Of a stretch of 64,000 bases of DNA, positions 56,170 to 64,000 are shown piece after piece. Within the stretch, counting starts at the first letter, position 1; every line of letters starts with the position of its first letter. Location: the NCBI RefSeq assembly GCF_029227855.1, contig NZ_CP074356.1. The stretch is one strand, 5' to 3'. Position numbers and translations under genes: made by a program. The DNA is from Escherichia coli (GTDB taxonomy: Bacteria; Pseudomonadota; Gammaproteobacteria; Enterobacterales; Enterobacteriaceae). The notes beneath the pieces were generated by a model. The model was not told where the DNA came from. It did not search any database and was given only the letters and a program-made list of their open reading frames with translations.

Positions 56170-56916
56170 TTACTGACGGTGGACATTCAGTCCGGCATAG
56201 CTTTGGGTAACCGGCATCATTTCCAGGGTATTGATATTGACGTGAGCAGGCAGCGTTGACACCCACCAGACGGCTTCGCTGACATCTTCTGGCGTCAATG
56301 CAACGGTATTTTGATAGGTTTTTTCCGCTTTACCGTCATCGCCTTTAAAGCGGACATTGGAAAACTCGGTGCCACCCACCAGACCCGGCTCGATGTCGGT
56401 GACGCGCACCGCCGTACCATGCAGGTCCGTACGCAGATTCAGGCTAAACTGACGAACAAACGCTTTCGTCGCACCGTAAACGTTACCACCGGCATACGGC
56501 CAGCTGCCTGCCGTTGAGCCAATGTTAATAATATGACCATGATTACGTTCAACCATACCCGGTAAGACGGCGCGCGTCATATATACCAGGCCTTTGTTGT
56601 TGGTATCAATCATCGTTTCCCAGTCTTCAACGCTGGCTTTATGCGCAGGCTCCATGCCCAACGCCAGGCCGGCATTATTTACCAGGATATCAATATTGCA
56701 CCACTCGGCAGGAAGCGATGCCAGCATCTCTTCAATAGCGGCGCGGTTGCGAACGTCCAGTTGGGCGATATAAAGATTATCTCCCAGTTCGTCTTTTAAC
56801 TCCTGCAACCGCTCCTGGCGACGGCCAGTGGCGATAACTTTATGCCCTTGTTGAATAAAACGACGAGTAATGCATTCACCAAAACCTGCCGTTGCTCCAG
56901 TTACTAAAACGATCAT
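56170..56916 (-). CDS. ydfG: NADP-dependent 3-hydroxy acid dehydrogenase YdfG (SDR)
   Basis: 248 aa, MIVLVTGATAGFGECITRRF.. with YxxxK (YGATKAF). Confidence 0.95.
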   Translation of the reverse strand: MIVLVTGATAGFGECITRRFIQQGHKVIATGRRQERLQELKDELGDNLYIAQLDVRNRAAIEEMLASLPAEWCNIDILVNNAGLALGMEPAHKASVEDWETMIDTNNKGLVYMTRAVLPGMVERNHGHIINIGSTAGSWPYAGGNVYGATKAFVRQFSLNLRTDLHGTAVRVTDIEPGLVGGTEFSNVRFKGDDGKAEKTYQNTVALTPEDVSEAVWWVSTLPAHVNINTLEMMPVTQSYAGLNVHRQ

Positions 56917-57052
56917 CTCACTGTTCCTCAACGCTTTTGTGTGTCAATAACATAGCACGTGATGCTTAAGAGCGGGTAATACTGGTTTGCAAGATTGCAC
57001 TCCGTTATCAGTAAGCCTACGCTATGGAACACCTCGCGTTCAGGAGAAGAAA

Positions 57053-59098
57053 ATGACAACAATGAATCCTTTCCTTGTGCAAAGCACACTGCCGTATCTG
57101 GCTCCCCATTTTGATCAAATTTCCAATCATCACTATCGCCCGGCATTCGATGAGGGAATGCTGCAAAAGCGGGCAGAAATTACTGCCATCGCGCTTAACC
57201 CGCAAACGCCTGATTTCAACAATACTATTCTGGCACTGGAACAAAGCGGAGAATTACTTACCCGCGTTACCAGCGTCTTTTTTGCGATGACTGCGGCGCA
57301 TACCAATGATGAATTACAGCGTCTTGATGAACAGTTTTCCGCTGAACTGGCGGAACTGGCTAATGATATCTATCTGAACGGTGAATTATTCGCGCGGGTA
57401 GATGCTGTCTGGCAGCGCCGAGAATCCCTGGGGCTTGATAGTGAATCCATCCGCCTGGTGGAGGTGATTCATCAACGTTTTGTCCTTGCCGGAGCCAAAC
57501 TTGCGCAAGCTGATAAAGCAAAATTAAAAGTACTGAATACAGAAGCTGCGACCCTGACCAGCCAGTTTAACCAGCGGTTACTGGCAGCAAATAAATCCGG
57601 CGGTCTGGTTGTGAACGATATCGCGCAGCTGGCAGGAATAAGTGAGCAAGAGATTGCGCTGGCGGCAGAGGCGGCTCGCGAGAAAGGTCTGGATAACAAA
57701 TGGCTGATTCCGCTGCTGAATACCACCCAACAACCGGCGCTTGCCGAAATGCGCGATCGCGCGACGCGTGAAAAACTGTTTATTGCGGGCTGGACGCGAG
57801 CGGAAAAAAATGATGCCAATGATACCCGCGCTATCATTCAACGTCTGGTGGAGATCCGTGCACAACAGGCAACATTACTTGGTTTTCCTCATTATGCCGC
57901 ATGGAAAATCGCCGATCAGATGGCAAAAACACCTGAAGCAGCACTCAACTTTATGCGGGAAATTGTTCCAGCGGCGCGTCAACGTGCGAGCGATGAATTA
58001 GCCTCCATACAGGCGGTTATTGATAAGCAGCAGGGCGGGTTTAGCGCGCAGCCGTGGGACTGGGCATTTTATGCCGAGCAGGTAAGACGTGAGAAATTCG
58101 ATCTCGATGAATCGCAGCTCAAGCCATATTTTGAATTAAACACGGTGTTGAATGAAGGTGTATTCTGGACCGCGAATCAGCTCTTCGGTATTAAGTTTGT
58201 CGAACGTTTTGATATTCCTGTCTACCATCCTGACGTTCGTGTGTGGGAAATTTTTGATCATAATGGCGTGGGGCTGGCGTTATTTTACGGTGATTTCTTC
58301 GCCCGTGATTCAAAAAGCGGCGGTGCATGGATGGGCAATTTTGTTGAGCAATCAACGCTTAATGAAACGCACCCGGTAATTTATAACGTCTGCAATTATC
58401 AGCAACCCGCCGCTGGGGAGCCTGCGTTGTTACTCTGGGATGATGTCATAACCTTATTCCATGAATTTGGTCATACGCTGCACGGCCTTTTTGCCCGCCA
58501 GCGTTATGCCACGCTTTCCGGCACCAACACGCCGCGTGATTTTGTCGAATTTCCGTCGCAAATCAACGAACACTGGGCAACGCATCCGCAGGTATTCGCT
58601 CGCTACGCCCGGCATTATCAGAGCGGGGCAGCAATGCCTGAAGAGCTGCAACAGAAAATGCGTAATGCCAGCCTGTTCAACAAAGGGTATGAGATGAGCG
58701 AACTGCTTAGCGCCGCACTTCTCGATATGCGTTGGCATTGCCTGGAAGAAAACGAAGCAATGCAGGATGTCGATGATTTTGAATTGCGGGCGCTGGTGGC
58801 GGAAAATATGGATCTTCCTGCTATACCGCCACGCTATCGCAGCAGTTATTTCGCCCATATTTTTGGTGGCGGATATGCCGCAGGTTATTACGCTTATCTG
58901 TGGACGCAAATGTTGGCCGATGATGGTTACCAGTGGTTTGTTGAGCAGGGCGGATTAACGCGTGAAAATGGGCGGCGTTTTCGCGAGGCGATTCTTTCCA
59001 GAGGTAACAGCGAAGATCTGGAACGCCTGTATCGACAATGGCGCGGTAAGGCACCTCAGATTATGCCGATGCTGCAACATCGTGGCTTGAACGTATAA
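57053..59098 (+). CDS. dcp: dipeptidyl carboxypeptidase II (M3 family)
   Basis: 681 aa, MTTMNPFLVQSTLPYLAPHFDQI.. with the HEFGH zinc motif. Confidence 0.95.
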   Translation: MTTMNPFLVQSTLPYLAPHFDQISNHHYRPAFDEGMLQKRAEITAIALNPQTPDFNNTILALEQSGELLTRVTSVFFAMTAAHTNDELQRLDEQFSAELAELANDIYLNGELFARVDAVWQRRESLGLDSESIRLVEVIHQRFVLAGAKLAQADKAKLKVLNTEAATLTSQFNQRLLAANKSGGLVVNDIAQLAGISEQEIALAAEAAREKGLDNKWLIPLLNTTQQPALAEMRDRATREKLFIAGWTRAEKNDANDTRAIIQRLVEIRAQQATLLGFPHYAAWKIADQMAKTPEAALNFMREIVPAARQRASDELASIQAVIDKQQGGFSAQPWDWAFYAEQVRREKFDLDESQLKPYFELNTVLNEGVFWTANQLFGIKFVERFDIPVYHPDVRVWEIFDHNGVGLALFYGDFFARDSKSGGAWMGNFVEQSTLNETHPVIYNVCNYQQPAAGEPALLLWDDVITLFHEFGHTLHGLFARQRYATLSGTNTPRDFVEFPSQINEHWATHPQVFARYARHYQSGAAMPEELQQKMRNASLFNKGYEMSELLSAALLDMRWHCLEENEAMQDVDDFELRALVAENMDLPAIPPRYRSSYFAHIFGGGYAAGYYAYLWTQMLADDGYQWFVEQGGLTRENGRRFREAILSRGNSEDLERLYRQWRGKAPQIMPMLQHRGLNV

Positions 59099-59109
59099 AC
59101 ACCACCAAT

Positions 59110-59139
59110 GGCTGGCCTGGAGAAATCGCCAGGCCAGCC
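59110..59139. terminator. perfect 11-bp-stem hairpin after dcp (convergent-gene terminator; no strong T-tract)
   Basis: GGCTGGCCTGG-agaaatcg-CCAGGCCAGCC. Confidence 0.5.
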
Positions 59140-59142
59140 TGG

Positions 59143-59222
59143 TTATAGCAGTAATTGCAGCAGCTGGGCGAGGGCAAACTTCACCGCTAATGCGAATGCC
59201 GTTTCGCAGTCGCCAGCAAAAT
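59143..59222 (-). pseudogene. ydeJ: 3-prime remnant of ydeJ (PncC/CinA-C family)
   Basis: The reverse strand reads ..FAGDCETAFALAVKFALAQLLQLLL*. K-12 has a 172-aa ydeJ between ydeI and dcp, but here only ~25 codons are recognisable before unrelated AT-rich sequence. Confidence 0.45.
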
Positions 59223-59461
59223 TACTTTTTTTGTATACCCTTCCGTTATAATAATTTTCAAATTTATAAATCTGATTGTTCTGAAATATGTTTAAGTCTC
59301 TTTAATCTTCTTCTTACTTTAGTGAGTAAAATTCTCTGAATATTTGACAGCTAGTTGCCTGATTTTAAATGCCTTATAACAATTGCAGTATTCTTATTTG
59401 TCAATTATAAAAATAGCAACCAGACTTAATAAGTCAAACCAAACGCAATTAAGGAGTCAGT

Positions 59462-59854
59462 ATGAAATTTCAGGCCATTGTATTAGCAAGTTTTCTTGTC
59501 ATGCCTTATGCGTTGGCAGATGACCAGGGCGGATTAAAACAGGATGCAGCGCCACCGCCGCCTCATGCAATAGAAGATGGCTATCGCGGAACCGATGATG
59601 CAAAAAAAATGACCGTTGATTTCGCAAAAACCATGCATGATGGCGCTTCGGTTTCACTACGCGGTAATTTGATTTCTCACAAAGGAGAGGACCGTTACGT
59701 TTTTCGCGATAAGAGCGGTGAAATTAATGTTGTTATTCCTGCGGCAGTCTTTGATGGGCGAGAAGTTCAGCCGGACCAGATGATCAACATTAGCGGTAGT
59801 CTGGATAAGAAAAGCGCTCCGGCCGTCGTTCGGGTCACTCATTTGCAGAAATAA
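59462..59854 (+). CDS. ydeI: periplasmic OB-fold stress protein YdeI (YgiW family)
   Basis: 130 aa with a signal peptide. ..[30 protein letters not shown].. Confidence 0.9.
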
Positions 59855-60108
59855 AAATAAATTAGCCTGATGGCCTGAACTACTGGGCCATTAGGTTATT
59901 GGGTTATGCTATTTGTCATCCTTTTAATTGCGATAATGCAGGCTTAATTTACAGAATTAAACACTTTTTTATCCGCTGATTTTGTTTTAAATCACAATGT
60001 TATCTCAGAGATGACTCATAACTTCGGATTTCTATGAAAATATTGACGTAATTTTGCTTTTCTCTCGTTAGAATAGCGCGCACAAGGAACTGTGAAAAAG
60101 GAGTGGCA

Positions 60109-60999
60109 ATGATCAAGAAGACAACGGAAATTGATGCCATCTTGTTAAATCTCAATAAGGCTATCGATGCCCACTACCAGTGGCTGGTAAGTATGTTTCA
60201 CAGCGTAGTCGCGAGAGATGCCAGTAAGCCAGAAATAACGGATAACCATTCTTATGGACTGTGCCAGTTTGGTCGGTGGATTGATCATCTGGGACCACTC
60301 GATAACGATGAATTACCTTATGTTCGGCTAATGGATTCTGCCCATCAACATATGCATAACTGTGGTCGGGAATTAATGCTGGCTATTGTTGAAAATCACT
60401 GGCAGGACGCGCATTTCGACGCCTTTCAGGAAGGGTTGCTTTCTTTTACTGCGGCATTAACCGATTACAAAATTTATTTGCTGACTATCCGTAGCAATAT
60501 GGATGTTTTGACGGGATTGCCGGGTCGTCGGGTTCTTGATGAATCCTTTGATCATCAGTTACGCAACGCTGAGCCTCTGAATCTTTATTTAATGTTGTTG
60601 GATATTGACCGATTTAAATTGGTTAATGATACCTACGGGCATTTAAACGGCGATGTAGTATTACGCACCCTGGCAACTTACTTAGCCAGTTGGACGCGCG
60701 ATTACGAAACGGTTTATCGCTACGGTGGCGAAGAATTTATCATTATTGTCAAAGCGGCTAATGATGAAGAAGCATGTCGTGCAGGTATCAGAATTTGCCA
60801 GTTAGTCGATAACCATGCCATCACACATTCTGAAGGGCATATCAACATTACCGTGACAGCAGGTGTCAGTCGCGCATTTCCTGAAGAGCCTCTGGATGTG
60901 GTCATTGGAAGAGCGGACCGGGCAATGTATGAGGGTAAGCAAACCGGAAGAAATCGCTGTATGTTTATTGACGAACAAAACGTGATTAACCGAGTTTAA
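60109..60999 (+). CDS. dgcZ: zinc-sensing diguanylate cyclase DgcZ (CZB + GGDEF)
   Basis: 296 aa, MIKKTTEIDAILLNLNKAIDAHYQWL.. with the GGEEF motif (RYGGEEFIII). Confidence 0.95.
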   Translation: MIKKTTEIDAILLNLNKAIDAHYQWLVSMFHSVVARDASKPEITDNHSYGLCQFGRWIDHLGPLDNDELPYVRLMDSAHQHMHNCGRELMLAIVENHWQDAHFDAFQEGLLSFTAALTDYKIYLLTIRSNMDVLTGLPGRRVLDESFDHQLRNAEPLNLYLMLLDIDRFKLVNDTYGHLNGDVVLRTLATYLASWTRDYETVYRYGGEEFIIIVKAANDEEACRAGIRICQLVDNHAITHSEGHINITVTAGVSRAFPEEPLDVVIGRADRAMYEGKQTGRNRCMFIDEQNVINRV

Positions 61000-61044
61000 G
61001 CTCCGTTTAACATTCATTGAGAAAACTGATGCTACTGTGTCAAC

Positions 61045-61143
61045 GATCCGTTATCAGTGCAGGAAAATGCCTGTTAGCGTAAAAGCAAAACACAAATCTA
61101 TCCATGCAAGCATTCACCGCCGGTTTACTGGCGGTTTTTTTTT
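61045..61143 (+). ncRNA. mgrR: MgrR sRNA (PhoP-regulated)
   Basis: GATCCGTTATCAGTGCAGGAAAATGCCTGTTAGCG...CACCGCCGGTTTACTGGCGGTTTTTTTTT matches recalled MgrR, including its terminator. Divergent from mgtS. Confidence 0.75.
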
Positions 61144-61217
61144 GCCGTCATAAAAATCAGGCCCCTTGTACACAACTGTAACAAGGGGCCGGTTAGGTGA
61201 GGGATTATCTCCGTTCA

Positions 61218-61313
61218 TTAGTCATCCCATTTGTGGCTGAAATACGCGGCCAGAAAACCAGAAAATAAAATTATTCCCAGTACGGCCATAAAAACATTCA
61301 TATTACCCAGCAT
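61218..61313 (-). CDS. mgtS: small membrane protein MgtS (YneM)
   Basis: 31 aa, MLGNMNVFMAVLGIILFSGFLAAYFSHKWDD, read from the reverse strand. SD GGAGG upstream. Confidence 0.9.
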   Translation of the reverse strand: MLGNMNVFMAVLGIILFSGFLAAYFSHKWDD

Positions 61314-61439
61314 TATTTGCCTCCGTTTATGGTGTGGTGTGTTTCCTCGCTTACCTTAATTTTCATCTCAATGAGAAAGATATTAGCAGAGATAACCTAA
61401 ACGAAGGCTGAATTAAATTTTTATTGTGTTCGACTTAAA

Positions 61440-62627
61440 TCAACAAAGCGCGGGCTGCCCCCACGGTCTTGCACGAATTCCTTTTAACATCAGCACCCAC
61501 GCAGCAATAATCACCAACGTTAAGATGATAAACAGCGAGGAAGGCGGCAGGTTGGTTAGCACTACGCCACTCACTAATGGGTTAATCGCGGCACCAAGCC
61601 AGCCTAAAGACTGGGCGGAAAAATAGCTGGCTTTCATTCCTGGCGGCGCAATATGGTCAATCAACATATACTCGCCCGGCGCATAAATGATTTCACCGAC
61701 AGTAAATACCGCAGCTGACATACCCCACAATAGCAGGCTGTTGCCGGAAAAAATAAAACCAACCAGACCGATGACGAAACAGAGGGTGCCTGCTGTCATC
61801 AGCGCGCGGATGTTAGCCGGGTTAAGGCGGCGGCCCACGGAATATTGCAACGTAACTACCATGGCAGCATTCACCGGAAGAACAACCGCAACCACCTTTT
61901 CGGCAAAATCCCCATCAGCAATCACCATCACATATTGTGAAATGCATGAAGCAAATGCGCCGCTAACAAAGGAAGCCAGAAAACCAGAGCAGGTAAACCA
62001 CAACAGTGCTTTATCTTGTAATAAAACTTTCGGCGACCAGGCACTGCCTGTTTCCGTGGCGATGATTTTCTCGCTGCGCTTTACCCAAATTTGAATGAAA
62101 AGCATGGGAAACGCGGAACAGATAGCAGCCAGCCAAAAGGGCAGATTGATGCTCTGCATCACCAACAGCGTGCCGAGCGGCGGACCGATGGTCCAGCCAA
62201 TGTTGAGCATGGTGTAGTTGATTGAGAAGATTTTCGTTTTGCTGGTGGAGGAAAGATTGTCGGCAAACCAGGCTTTCAACACGGTAGCAAAAACGGAATA
62301 GGCGCAGTTAATAAGGGCAAAAAAGAGCACCACCAGCGTCACGTTATTCACTAAAGGAATGGCAATAAAACCGCTGGCGAAGGCGGTAATTGCCAGTAAC
62401 ATATAGCGTTTCTTGTCGAACTTATCCGCCAGGATACCAAAACCGAGACTAAAAACGACGCCAATAGTGAGCGCAATTGTCATCGCATAACCGATTAGAT
62501 CGACACTCAGGTTGTACTGGCGACTCAAGTAAATGGTCATAAACGGCAGCGTAGCGCCGCGTCCGATGGTTAATAACAACGACGAGGCAAGAAGGGCGCT
62601 GGTAGAGCGTCGGAGGGATAAGTTCAT
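61440..62627 (-). CDS. ydeE: MFS transporter YdeE
   Basis: 395 aa with 12 hydrophobic segments; synteny. Confidence 0.9.
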   Translation of the reverse strand: MNLSLRRSTSALLASSLLLTIGRGATLPFMTIYLSRQYNLSVDLIGYAMTIALTIGVVFSLGFGILADKFDKKRYMLLAITAFASGFIAIPLVNNVTLVVLFFALINCAYSVFATVLKAWFADNLSSTSKTKIFSINYTMLNIGWTIGPPLGTLLVMQSINLPFWLAAICSAFPMLFIQIWVKRSEKIIATETGSAWSPKVLLQDKALLWFTCSGFLASFVSGAFASCISQYVMVIADGDFAEKVVAVVLPVNAAMVVTLQYSVGRRLNPANIRALMTAGTLCFVIGLVGFIFSGNSLLLWGMSAAVFTVGEIIYAPGEYMLIDHIAPPGMKASYFSAQSLGWLGAAINPLVSGVVLTNLPPSSLFIILTLVIIAAWVLMLKGIRARPWGQPALC

Positions 62628-62821
62628 TTGTCTGTCCGGCAGTGCGTTTCGTTATGTTTTGTTTTAGAGATGTAAAGAAATAGCATGGCAAAAATCCGAA
62701 GTATAGCGACTTATTTGCGCATTAATGCCGTCGTAATCGGCGACTAACGAATCAACTGTTAAAGAAAAGTAAATTCAGCTAAGTTGATTGCTTACAAAAG
62801 ATGAAATTCAGAGGCGGTAGA

Positions 62822-63721
62822 ATGTCGCGAAAAGATGGGGTGTTGGCGCTACTGGTAGTGGTCGTATGGGGGCTGAATTTTGTGGTCATCAAAGTGGGGC
62901 TTCATAACATGCCACCGCTGATGCTGGCCGGTTTGCGCTTTATGCTGGTCGCTTTTCCGGCTATCTTTTTTGTCGCACGACCGAAAGTACCGCTGAATTT
63001 GCTGCTGGGGTATGGATTAACCATCAGTTTTGCGCAGTTTGCTTTTCTTTTTTGTGCCATTAACTTCGGTATGCCTGCTGGACTGGCTTCGCTGGTGTTA
63101 CAGGCACAGGCGTTTTTTACTATCGTACTTGGCGCATTTACTTTCGGTGAGCGGCTGCATGGCAAACAATTGGCGGGGATTGCCTTAGCGATTTTTGGCG
63201 TACTGGTGTTAATCGAAGATAGTCTGAACGGTCAGCATGTGGCGATGCTCGGCTTTATGTTGACCCTGGCGGCAGCATTTAGTTGGGCGTGTGGCAACAT
63301 CTTCAATAAAAAGATCATGTCGCACTCAACGCGCCCGGCGGTGATGTCGCTGGTAATCTGGAGCGCATTAATCCCAATCATTCCCTTCTTTGTTGCCTCG
63401 CTGATTCTCGATGGTTCCGCAACCATGATTCACAGTCTGGTCACTATCGATATGACCACCATCTTGTCTCTGATGTATCTGGCGTTTGTGGCGACAATTG
63501 TTGGTTATGGGATCTGGGGGACGTTACTGGGACGCTATGAAACCTGGCGGGTTGCACCGTTATCGTTACTGGTGCCCGTAGTAGGACTGGCAAGTGCGGC
63601 ACTATTGTTGGATGAACGCTTAACGGGTCTACAATTTTTCGGTGCGGTGCTCATTATGACCGGGCTGTATATCAATGTATTTGGCTTGCGGTGGCGTAAA
63701 GCGGTAAAGGTTAGAGGCTAA
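62822..63721 (+). CDS. eamA: cysteine/O-acetylserine exporter EamA (DMT family)
   Basis: 299 aa, MSRKDGVLALLVVVVWGLNFVVIKVGLHNMPPLMLAGLRF.. Recalled EamA. Confidence 0.95.
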   Translation: MSRKDGVLALLVVVVWGLNFVVIKVGLHNMPPLMLAGLRFMLVAFPAIFFVARPKVPLNLLLGYGLTISFAQFAFLFCAINFGMPAGLASLVLQAQAFFTIVLGAFTFGERLHGKQLAGIALAIFGVLVLIEDSLNGQHVAMLGFMLTLAAAFSWACGNIFNKKIMSHSTRPAVMSLVIWSALIPIIPFFVASLILDGSATMIHSLVTIDMTTILSLMYLAFVATIVGYGIWGTLLGRYETWRVAPLSLLVPVVGLASAALLLDERLTGLQFFGAVLIMTGLYINVFGLRWRKAVKVRG

Positions 63722-63723
63722 AC

Positions 63724-63767
63724 CATACGCACAGAATGTGATGCCAGCACTCTGTGCGTATGCTTTT
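63724..63767. terminator. 12-bp-stem hairpin plus T-tract between convergent genes
   Basis: CATACGCACAGA-15 nt-TCTGTGCGTATG is followed by CTTTTAT. Confidence 0.65.
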
Positions 63768-64000
63768 ATCGCGGGAAAAAGTACTTTACCTGGAACTCGA
63801 AAATATTGCTGTAAAGTAACGAATAATCCAGCGGAATAGAGTTACTGTCCACAGCCTGGGTCTGAATTTTAAGTATGGGATCCCGTGGGCTGATCCGTAA
63901 AATACTGGCGATTTCTGGGGTAGGAAAAGTAGGGGAGAAAGTTTCAAAGGTGCCAATGATTTTGATCCCGCATTCGTTCTCAATATACGAAAATTTGGAT
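63766..64000 (-). CDS. C-terminal 77 codons of an unidentified ORF running off the window (not marB)
   Basis: The reverse-strand open frame reads SKFSYIENECGIKIIGTFETFSPTFPTPEIASILRISPRDPILKIQTQAVDSNSIPLDYSLLYSNIFEFQVKYFFPR*. It is absent from the ORF track because no start codon falls inside the window. Confidence 0.5.
   Translation of the reverse strand, partial: SKFSYIENECGIKIIGTFETFSPTFPTPEIASILRISPRDPILKIQTQAVDSNSIPLDYSLLYSNIFEFQVKYFFPR

Overview
This window is an Escherichia coli-type chromosome segment. The left flank runs ynfE'(partial)-ynfD-ynfC-speG-ynfB-ynfA-rspA-rspB. The right flank runs ydfI-ydfZ-rspR(ydfH)-ydfG-dcp-ydeI-dgcZ-mgrR-mgtS-ydeE-eamA. Between them lies a ~46.8 kb, apparently complete lambdoid prophage inserted in the MFS transporter gene ydfJ. 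The two ydfJ halves sit at 5286.. and 52148.., bounded by an 11-bp direct repeat TTATGGATTTC. The prophage looks like an intact relative of the defective K-12 Qin element. It has int-xis-ydfE(exonuclease)-ydfD-dicB-dicF-ydfA-dicA / dicC, a replication module with iterons, and hok-rem-ydfU-Q(QuuD type). It also has an S21-type dual-start holin, a SAR endolysin (RrrQ-like) and Rz/Rz1. The head/tail module is lambda-like: terS, terL, W, portal, a ClpP-capsid fusion, then Z U V G/T H M L K I J lom stf. An IS200 sits between lom and stf, followed by a pin invertase and ydfK. The strongest candidate for a new system is a visibly AT-rich ~3.4 kb island (about 14.0-17.4 kb) between the replication genes and hok. 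It carries a tightly coupled four-ORF operon: a 2-TM peptide, a 198-aa helical protein, a 78-aa winged-helix-like protein, and a 574-aa Walker-A/coiled-coil ABC(SMC-like) ATPase. That gene order matches ABC-three-component / Lamassu-like conflict systems, but no recognisable enzymatic effector is present, only a split membrane module. Other accessory loci: a Blc / DUF523-DUF1722 / AraC moron cluster downstream of Q; a replaced tail-fibre tip module (lectin-like tip, S74-chaperone protein, membrane protein, tfa scar); a 3-TM ORF antisense to the dicB operon; and small hydrophobic ORFs. At the right edge, an unidentified truncated ORF lies where marB would be expected. All calls come from reading the sequence and ORF translations and from recalled family knowledge. 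No searches or computations were run.
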